The notes under the pieces: generated by a model
What the model saw: the letters and a program-made list of their open reading frames with translations, nothing else
Databases searched by the model: none
Told to the model about the DNA's origin: nothing
Program-made: the position numbers and the translations under genes
Source of the DNA: an uncultured Rikenellaceae bacterium
GTDB lineage: Bacteria; Bacteroidota; Bacteroidia; Bacteroidales; VadinHA17
Direction of reading: 5' to 3'
Length of the DNA stretch: 64,000 nucleotides
Assembly: GCA_964446825.1 (NCBI GenBank)
Contig: CAYUQR010000004.1
Location: forward strand, 22,828 to 86,827
Shown here: positions 57,234 through 64,000 of the stretch, piece after piece
Numbering within the stretch: the stretch's first letter is position 1
Layout: the number at the start of each line of letters is the position of its first letter

Positions 57234-57665
57234 ATGAGTTCAATTTTTAAAAATGATCTTGATGATGATCGCCTTTCAGAGCTTTTCCGGAGTGATGAAA
57301 AATGTTATGAATTCCTGGCCAACCTGAAATGGAGTGAGGGTTTCACTTGCCGTAAATGCGGCAATAAAAATTATTGTCAGGGCAAGACACCATATTCAAG
57401 GCGATGCACCAAATGCAAGGCAGAAGAATCAGCTACCTCCGGTACTATTTTTCATAATTGTAAATTTCCTGTAAGCAAAGCTTTTTACATTGCATATAAT
57501 GTATGTAAAGGGAAAGAAAACATTTCCACATATGAATTTGCCCGACGGTTATCGCTCAGGCAGATGACCTGCTGGAATTTCAAGGCCAAGATTCAGAATG
57601 CGCTTCAGGAAATTGATTCACTTACCGAGAGGGAAAAATCATCGATACAAAAAATTCTTTCATAG
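57234..57665 (+). CDS. Stand-alone IS1595-type zinc-ribbon/HTH protein (no DDE domain)
   Basis: CYEFLANLKWSEGFTCRKCG, RRCTKC..SATSGTIFH; no catalytic domain or IRs seen. Confidence 0.7.
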   Translation: MSSIFKNDLDDDRLSELFRSDEKCYEFLANLKWSEGFTCRKCGNKNYCQGKTPYSRRCTKCKAEESATSGTIFHNCKFPVSKAFYIAYNVCKGKENISTYEFARRLSLRQMTCWNFKAKIQNALQEIDSLTEREKSSIQKILS

Positions 57666-57694
57666 ACCAGTAAATAATCCTATTTGATCAGTTA

Positions 57695-58594
57695 TCAGGC
57701 AAGATACATATTTATCAGTTGTTCATAGAGTTCCTGTTTACCGCTTATGGTTACAGGTTCCCCTGCCTTAGAAGCTATTTCCCTTAATTTTTCAAGAGTA
57801 AGTTTCCCTTCTTCAAAGTCTTTTCCCGATCCTTTATCAAAAGACTCGTATCTTTTCTTACGCATCTGAAGATATTCACTCTCTTTCAATATCGTATCCG
57901 CTATTACAAGCGATCTTGCGAAAGTGTCCATTCCGCTTACATGAGCAATAAATAAGTCTTCATTATCGGTGGAATTTCTTCTTACTTTGGCATCAAAATT
58001 GATTCCGCCATGTGTAAATCCTCCGGCCTGCAGAATTACCAACATAGCCTCGGTTATCTCATAAATATTGGTTGGGAACTCATCGGTGTCCCATCCATTC
58101 TGATAATCACCTTTATTGGCATCAATACTGCCTAACAGGCCTGCATCGGCCGCAACCTGAAGCTCGTGCATAAAAGTATGTCCGGCAAGTGTGGCATGAT
58201 TAACTTCAATATTCAGTTTAAAATCTTTATCAAGGCCATGATGACGCAAGAATCCTATAATTGTGGCAACATCAAAATCATACTGATGTTTCGAAGGCTC
58301 CATGGGTTTTGGCTCAATAAGGAATGTTCCGTCAAAGCCAATTTTTCTTCCATAGTCGCGTGCCAGAGAGAGCATCAAGCCTCTGCTTTATCCTATCATC
58401 ATTTTTTGCATTTTCCCATGGATATAACCTTGTAGCATTCCCAAATGGATCAGAACCGTCGCCACAGAAAGAATGCCAGTATGCTATGGCAAATCTGAGA
58501 TGATCCTTCATCGTTTTACCCAATACGATCTCGTCGGGGTTATACCATTTAAAAGCCAGTGGATTTTTAGATTTCCTGCCTTCATATTCGATCA
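57695..58594 (-). pseudogene. xylA: Xylose isomerase, 5' truncated with an internal frameshifting deletion
   Basis: [26 protein letters not shown] joined out of frame to [29 protein letters not shown]. Confidence 0.9.
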
Positions 58595-58595
58595 G

Positions 58596-58660
58596 CCCCC
58601 TGCCCCCCTAAAGAGGGGTTAATTCTGTACTATTTTTAACCCCCTTTGGGGGGTCGGGGG
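58596..58660. repeat. G/C-rich bipartite palindrome (REP-like)
   Basis: CCCCCTGCCCCCCTAAAGAGGGGTT..AACCCCCTTTGGGGGGTCGGGGG. Confidence 0.7.
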
Positions 58661-58669
58661 TTTTAATAT

Positions 58670-59368
58670 CTATTCATGAGACCTTCTTTCCCTGTAAATA
58701 CAATCTTTCATATCGCAGATTTTGCAGGTATAAGCAAGTCGTTTAACTTCCTTCCCGATGCCAATAATACCGCTCACTGATTTAACAGGATTCATAAGGG
58801 CTGATTCAGTTAACCGGATACCACAAAAGTTATCCGGGACCAGCTGGAATAGTTTATGTTGTTCTGCCACATCCCAACCACAATATCCCGGACTGTAACG
58901 GTTAGTAATCTTCATTCCTGAAGCCAGGGCCTGGTCTTCAAGATTAAGCTGCATGAGATCGGCTGCCGCCTCAACAATTTCACTTCCTATAACATCGAAG
59001 ATATAACCTCTGAGCAGATCTTTCTCAATCATTGCTTTCCTGCTGTTCAGTCCGATCTCTTCTCCTGCAGTGCAGATGAACACCGCAATTGACTCAGACT
59101 TTTTTAACTGCCCAAAAATAATTTTACCAATATCGAATCTGATATTACTGATCTCAGCAGATTGTGTTTCCTTATGGAACCTGATATCATTAAAAATGTT
59201 ATACTGAGCTTTTATATTGCAGATATCGTGTGCTTCCATTAATAATTCATTAATGAGACCGGTAACCAGTCCACGGTCCTCCCCTTCTTTGTATCCTATA
59301 ACTTTCTCAATAGCGGGGACGCTCAGCTTCAGATCCTTCAAGTCAAACTCAAATGTCCTGTTTACCAT
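58670..59368 (-). CDS. B12-dependent methionine synthase activation-domain protein
   Basis: AVFICTAG, RYSPGYCGW, MNPVKSVSGIIG, CKICDMKDC. Confidence 0.85.
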   Translation of the reverse strand: MVNRTFEFDLKDLKLSVPAIEKVIGYKEGEDRGLVTGLINELLMEAHDICNIKAQYNIFNDIRFHKETQSAEISNIRFDIGKIIFGQLKKSESIAVFICTAGEEIGLNSRKAMIEKDLLRGYIFDVIGSEIVEAAADLMQLNLEDQALASGMKITNRYSPGYCGWDVAEQHKLFQLVPDNFCGIRLTESALMNPVKSVSGIIGIGKEVKRLAYTCKICDMKDCIYRERRSHE

Positions 59369-60833
59369 TCTTTGTAGTAGCTTTTAATACTTTGTTATTA
59401 TCAAGGCCTGATTCAGTCACAATTCTCTGAACTATGGATTCCCATCCCATAGTCATGATATGAATTCCATTCACTCCTTTTTTATCTTTTATCCTGTCAA
59501 TCATCTCAAGAGCAACCTGAACACCTTCCTCTGCTCCCGATTCCCCGGCCTTAACCATGCGTGACATAATCTTTTCCGGAACCCTGACCCCGGGAACTCT
59601 TTCGTTGAGATATTTAGCTGTTTTATAATTCTTCAAAGGTGCAATTCCAATCAGAATAGATACCTTACCAAGGATATTTCTTTTATCAAGCTGTTCAAGC
59701 CATAAGTCGAGGCGGTCGGGATCAAATATAATATTTGTCTGAAAAAACTGAGCTCCTGCGTTCACTTTTTTATGGTCCTTTATAGCCTGAAGTTCAGGGT
59801 CTGAGGCAAAAGGAGTCGTTGCGGCTCCGAGAAAAAATTCAGGAGGTTCTTTAATACTACTTCCATCAAGATAAAGGCTATCGTCTCTCATTCTTCTAAG
59901 GATCCAGAGCATCTGCACAGAGTCAATATCAAAAAAATTCATATTCCCGGTTGGAGGAAGGCCAATAACCGGACTGTCGCCTGTCAGGCAAAGAATATTC
60001 CTTATTCCAAGGTATTTCAGTCCAACAGCTATAGATTGCAGACTGTTTCTTGTTATATCACGGGCGACTATTTGATATACTGGTTCAGTATTGTTATCAT
60101 CTGCTACTTTACTGCATATCAGACTCGACATATTTGGCTTGCCTGCAGATGAGTTCATAAAATTAACCGCATTTACAAAAGGGCTTACTGACTTAATATC
60201 CTTTATTAACTTTACAGTCATCGTGTCATGTGGGGATGTTACCTCGGTAGTCACAACAAATTCACCATCCACAAGTGCCTTCTGAAGACCAGAAACTGAT
60301 TTTATGTTTTTTGCCTGATGATATTCTGAGTCACCCTGCCACCAATCTGGCTGTCGGATCTTCCTGAAAACGTTGTCCCATAATATTTCTTTTCTGACTT
60401 TACCTTTAAATATGAGTCCACTTATGAACTTCCAGGTACCTGTTTTAATTATCTGCCGGGCAACATCACTCCATGTTCCTGTTCCGGTTTTATTCCAATC
60501 GAGTGGAGGTAAGACTTCAAGAAGAGTTTCCTGCCTGCCAGTTTTTAATGCCCTTCTATAAATATTGTACCAGACGCATTTACGAGTTTCGTCGATATAG
60601 CAATTTTTCTCCGGGGTTATATTGCCGCAAGGGCCGTTTCTTAATCCTTTCGGGCATTCCATCGGACATATGAAAGCTGTCTCCTGAAGGAGACAATTCC
60701 CACACATGCGGCATCCAAATAATGGGCCTTTAATGCTGAGTTCTGCTTTAGCCAGTATACGGCTTACAAATTTTTCGCGTTTGAAAGGATAAAAGGCCGG
60801 TTGCCATCTGCGTGCAGGTTTGATGCCAGACAT
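59349..60833 (-). CDS. metF: Methylenetetrahydrofolate reductase with fused N-terminal Cys-rich MetV/MTHFR_C domain
   Basis: CRMCGNC..CPMECPKGLRNGPCG; TTEVTSP, ILCLTGD, AGAQFFQTN. Confidence 0.85.
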   Translation of the reverse strand: MSGIKPARRWQPAFYPFKREKFVSRILAKAELSIKGPLFGCRMCGNCLLQETAFICPMECPKGLRNGPCGNITPEKNCYIDETRKCVWYNIYRRALKTGRQETLLEVLPPLDWNKTGTGTWSDVARQIIKTGTWKFISGLIFKGKVRKEILWDNVFRKIRQPDWWQGDSEYHQAKNIKSVSGLQKALVDGEFVVTTEVTSPHDTMTVKLIKDIKSVSPFVNAVNFMNSSAGKPNMSSLICSKVADDNNTEPVYQIVARDITRNSLQSIAVGLKYLGIRNILCLTGDSPVIGLPPTGNMNFFDIDSVQMLWILRRMRDDSLYLDGSSIKEPPEFFLGAATTPFASDPELQAIKDHKKVNAGAQFFQTNIIFDPDRLDLWLEQLDKRNILGKVSILIGIAPLKNYKTAKYLNERVPGVRVPEKIMSRMVKAGESGAEEGVQVALEMIDRIKDKKGVNGIHIMTMGWESIVQRIVTESGLDNNKVLKATTKNGKQDI

Positions 60834-60868
60834 AATAGGTCAGATTCAAGAATAAAAAAGAAAATCAA

Positions 60869-61711
60869 TTAGTTAACTCCTGATTGAAAATTTTCCAAAA
60901 ATCGTACTGCATAATCGTCCCTGCAAAGGATCAGATCAGTTGCTCTGACGATAGGGACAATCTTCTCCGGGTTTGCAATAGGGCATGTTAATCCGTTAAG
61001 AATAGATAACACCATAAATGCTGAGTTTAAAACCTCCCTGTTTGGCAAACCGAATGAAATATTACTGGCACCCTGAGTAATGTTCAGTCCGAGTTTCTGA
61101 TGGACAAGTCTGATAGTATCCAGTGTAACGATACATGCCCGGGGATCAGCACTAACTGCCATTACCAAAGGATCGATAATCACATCATTTTCATTGATCC
61201 CGAGCTTGACTGCCCTTTCCAATATCTTTTCTGCAATGATGAGTCTTTTTTCAGGATCATTTGTAATTCCTTCATCATCCATGGTCAGTCCTATAATAGC
61301 AGCTCCATACTCTCTGGCCATTGGCAACAGAGTATTTAAAGACGCCTCTTCTCCGTTTACGGAATTAATAAGACATTTCCCTCCCGCTACCTTAAGTGCA
61401 GCTTCTATAGCATCAGGATTCGGGGAATCGAGGCAAAGCGGAATATCAAATTTTTCTTTTACAGCCAGAACAGCCGCAGGGAGCAACTTCACGTCATCAA
61501 CTCCAGGAAACCCCACATTTATATCGAGTACATCAGCCATTGCCCTGATCTGTTTGTCAGCCAGGTCGAGCATATATTCAAAATTCCCAACTTCGAGCGT
61601 TGATACCAGTTTTTTCTTTCTTGTGGGGTTTATGCATTCACCAATAACAACTACAGGACCGTTGGTATCAATAACCACTTCCTTTGTTTTTCCTTTGAGA
61701 ATTGTCTGCAT
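60869..61711 (-). CDS. Pterin-binding methyltetrahydrofolate:corrinoid methyltransferase (AcsE/MetH pterin domain)
   Basis: IGECINPT, LDINVG, CLDS, INSVNG, IIDPL, GASNISFGLP. Confidence 0.9.
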   Translation of the reverse strand: MQTILKGKTKEVVIDTNGPVVVIGECINPTRKKKLVSTLEVGNFEYMLDLADKQIRAMADVLDINVGFPGVDDVKLLPAAVLAVKEKFDIPLCLDSPNPDAIEAALKVAGGKCLINSVNGEEASLNTLLPMAREYGAAIIGLTMDDEGITNDPEKRLIIAEKILERAVKLGINENDVIIDPLVMAVSADPRACIVTLDTIRLVHQKLGLNITQGASNISFGLPNREVLNSAFMVLSILNGLTCPIANPEKIVPIVRATDLILCRDDYAVRFLENFQSGVN

Positions 61712-61718
61712 AGTCTTT

Positions 61719-62387
61719 TTATGATACCAGCTCTTTCAGATAATTAACTGCTCCCTGAGGGTCGGGAGAATAAAAGTCAGCGCCAATCTTTTTACAATAT
61801 TCATGAGTGACAGGTGCACCGCCAACCATTATTTTTGAATCTGCATATTTCTCTTTTATTGCTGCCACAATCTTTTTCATGTTTTCCATGGTTGTTGTCA
61901 GCAATGCTGAGAGACCAACTATAGCATCAGGGTTTTCATCCAGGGCTTTAAGAAACTTTTCTGATCCTGCATCAACTCCAAGGTCGATAACCTCCCATCC
62001 ACCTCCCTCTATCATCATAGCAACCAGGTTTTTACCAATATCATGGAGATCACCTGAAACAGTACCAATAATAAATTTACCTTTTCGTTTTGTTTCACCT
62101 GATATAAAAAATGGTTTAAGATGAACCATAGCGCTGTTCATTGCTTTTGCCGACATAAGCATCTGGGGCACATAGATCTCTTTTCTGCTAAACTTATTGC
62201 CAACAGCAGCCATGGCAGGGATAAGGGCATTTTCAAGTATCTCATCTGCTTTGATTCCCGCATCCAGGGCTTTTTTAGTCAGCTCATCAGCTCCTTCCAG
62301 GTCTTTCATCGCCGGGGGATAAGTTGAGGTCTTATTTATTTTCCCGAACTCCACACATTTTGCAATATTTTCAAGAATCTCATTCAT
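61719..62387 (-). CDS. Corrinoid (B12-binding) protein
   Basis: GDLHDIGKNLV, VGLSALLTTT, MVGGAP. Confidence 0.95.
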   Translation of the reverse strand: MNEILENIAKCVEFGKINKTSTYPPAMKDLEGADELTKKALDAGIKADEILENALIPAMAAVGNKFSRKEIYVPQMLMSAKAMNSAMVHLKPFFISGETKRKGKFIIGTVSGDLHDIGKNLVAMMIEGGGWEVIDLGVDAGSEKFLKALDENPDAIVGLSALLTTTMENMKKIVAAIKEKYADSKIMVGGAPVTHEYCKKIGADFYSPDPQGAVNYLKELVS

Positions 62388-62690
62388 ATTTCTAAAGTTA
62401 AAATCAGATAATAATATCGGCAGAACAAAAATGATGTTTTATTCCATCTGCATCACCAAAATAATTCATTTTTTTTATTTTCAGTTATATTCTTTTAATT
62501 ATTTGCATGCCTCGTTTAATCCGGCTATATTTTGATTTCTTTAATTTCTATATATCCATGTAATTCAAAATATAGTATCTTTAATTCTATAATTTATAAG
62601 GTGGAGACCAGTAACCATTCAAAAAACGGGGCGGTATCGAAAAGCCAGATGAGTAGGTAAACCTAATATAATCTCAAACAATCATCTATT

Positions 62691-64000
62691 ATGAAATTCA
62701 CCTTTATTCTTATGTTCAGTCTTTTGCTAAATGTCGCTGGTGCTCAGGACAATCCTGTTGGTATCTTTCAGAATAATTCTGATATAGGAAATCCAAAATT
62801 ATCTGGTTCAGCCACTTACAATAAAATGGACCAAAGCTATGACCTAAAAGGAGCAGGCTATAATATCTGGTTTGAAAGGGATGAGTTTCACTACCTGTTT
62901 AATAAGATAAAAGGTGATTTCATCCTGACAGCAAATTTTGAGTTTGTAGGCAAGGGAACTGAAGCGCACAGAAAAACAGGATGGATGGTCAGGGAGTCGA
63001 CGGATGAAAAGGCACCTCATATTTCCGCCACTCTGCACGGTGATGGTCTGACTGTTCTGCAATGGAGGGTTTCTGCCGGAGCAGCAATGAGAGATCCCCA
63101 GGATGAGATATTTGCTAAAGATTCAGCTTACAGTGTAATACAGGTTGAGCGTGCCGGTAACCTGATAACAATGAGAGCCGCTCATACAGGGAAACCTCTC
63201 GAAACGGTCGGTTCGCACGAAATGGATAATTTATCTGGTGAAGTACTTGTTGGGCCTTTCATTTGTTCCCATAACCCTGATGTAAGTGAAGAGGTTAAGA
63301 TATGGAATGTAAGGATCGACGGACCAGTTGCTGAAGATTATAATCCTTACAGTTCGGGCTACCTTGGATGCAGGCTGGAGACGATGACCGTTTCAGACGG
63401 AAAGAGAATGGTTATCTATGAAAAACAGGGCAGTTTCGAAGCCCCGAACTGGATGCCTGATGGGAAAAAACTCCTTTTCAACATGAATGGCTTGTTATAT
63501 AAAATACCAGTTGAAGGAGGGGATATCGAAAAACTAAATACTGATTTTGCTACCCGTTGCAATAATGATCATGGGATTTCATTTAACGGAAAGTTGCTGG
63601 CTATAAGCAGTTCACCTGAGGGAAAAGGTTCGGCGGTATATGTTTTACCTCTTACAGGTGGTGTACCAAAACTTATAACCGAAGATACCCCTTCATACTG
63701 GCATGGATGGGCACCTAATAATGAAGAGGTGGTATATGTAGCACGGCGTAATGGTAAGCAAGAATATAATATTTACCGAAATTCTATCGAAGGAGGAAAA
63801 GAGGTTGCACTTACAAACATTAAACCAGGTCAGCATGTTGATGGATGTGAATATACTCCTGACGGAAAATATATTTATTTTAATGGCAATCTTACCGGCA
63901 TGATGCAGATATGGCGTATGAAACCTGATGGGTCAGGAAAGGAACAAATCACTTTCGATAATTATAATAACTGGTTCCCACATATCTCCCCCGATGGAAA
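62691..64000 (+). CDS. Secreted TolB-like protein with PD40 repeats, 3' end runs off window
   Basis: Hand translation: signal peptide, DIGNP..GAGYNIW, EAPNWMPDG, NNDHGIS, HGWAP, NWFPHISPDG. Confidence 0.85.
   Translation, partial: MKFTFILMFSLLLNVAGAQDNPVGIFQNNSDIGNPKLSGSATYNKMDQSYDLKGAGYNIWFERDEFHYLFNKIKGDFILTANFEFVGKGTEAHRKTGWMVRESTDEKAPHISATLHGDGLTVLQWRVSAGAAMRDPQDEIFAKDSAYSVIQVERAGNLITMRAAHTGKPLETVGSHEMDNLSGEVLVGPFICSHNPDVSEEVKIWNVRIDGPVAEDYNPYSSGYLGCRLETMTVSDGKRMVIYEKQGSFEAPNWMPDGKKLLFNMNGLLYKIPVEGGDIEKLNTDFATRCNNDHGISFNGKLLAISSSPEGKGSAVYVLPLTGGVPKLITEDTPSYWHGWAPNNEEVVYVARRNGKQEYNIYRNSIEGGKEVALTNIKPGQHVDGCEYTPDGKYIYFNGNLTGMMQIWRMKPDGSGKEQITFDNYNNWFPHISPDG

Noticed and set aside
57234-57665. 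Active IS1595 element
   Set aside because: No DDE domain, terminal inverted repeats or target duplication seen
1-64000. CRISPR array, rRNA, and the many short antisense ORFs in the track
   Set aside because: No repeat-spacer array or rRNA sequence seen; the short ORFs overlap well-supported genes and lack motifs

Overview
AT-rich window from an anaerobic Bacteroidota (Bacteroidales/Marinilabiliales-like) genome, inferred from repeated TAnnTTTG -7 promoter elements, a TonB-dependent receptor and Bacteroidota-type gene families. It is dominated by metal, Fe-S, sulfur and redox genes. These include three DUF134 regulators, five intact NifB/NifX-like proteins plus a deleted copy, DUF5320 Gly/Arg-rich peptides, FeoAB, ETF-QO with a fused EtfB-EtfA, three Cys-rich Crp/Fnr regulators, a DsrE-TusA-MvhD-HdrA-HdrA-QmoC-like operon, PerR/Fur-DpsL-peroxiredoxin and a corrinoid/methyl-THF module. 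Top candidates for undescribed biology: (1) an unannotated 32-aa Cys-containing precursor peptide (55825..55923) directly upstream of an RRE-radical SAM/SPASM enzyme, in an operon with thioredoxin, a Trx-TrxR fusion and an ArsM-like methyltransferase; (2) a palindrome ATGAAC-N4-GTTCAT found six times, including upstream of all three DUF134 genes or their operons, a probable DUF134 operator; (3) a Qmo-like membrane HdrA complex encoded with sulfur carriers, with no aprAB in the window. About 19-38.6 kb and the xylA locus are a patchwork of more than 12 gene shards, several joined at short microhomologies. The Fic ORF 29057..30559 reads on the + strand although the ORF track labels it minus. The track also misses the edge genes (1..1070, 62691..64000) and several small ORFs.
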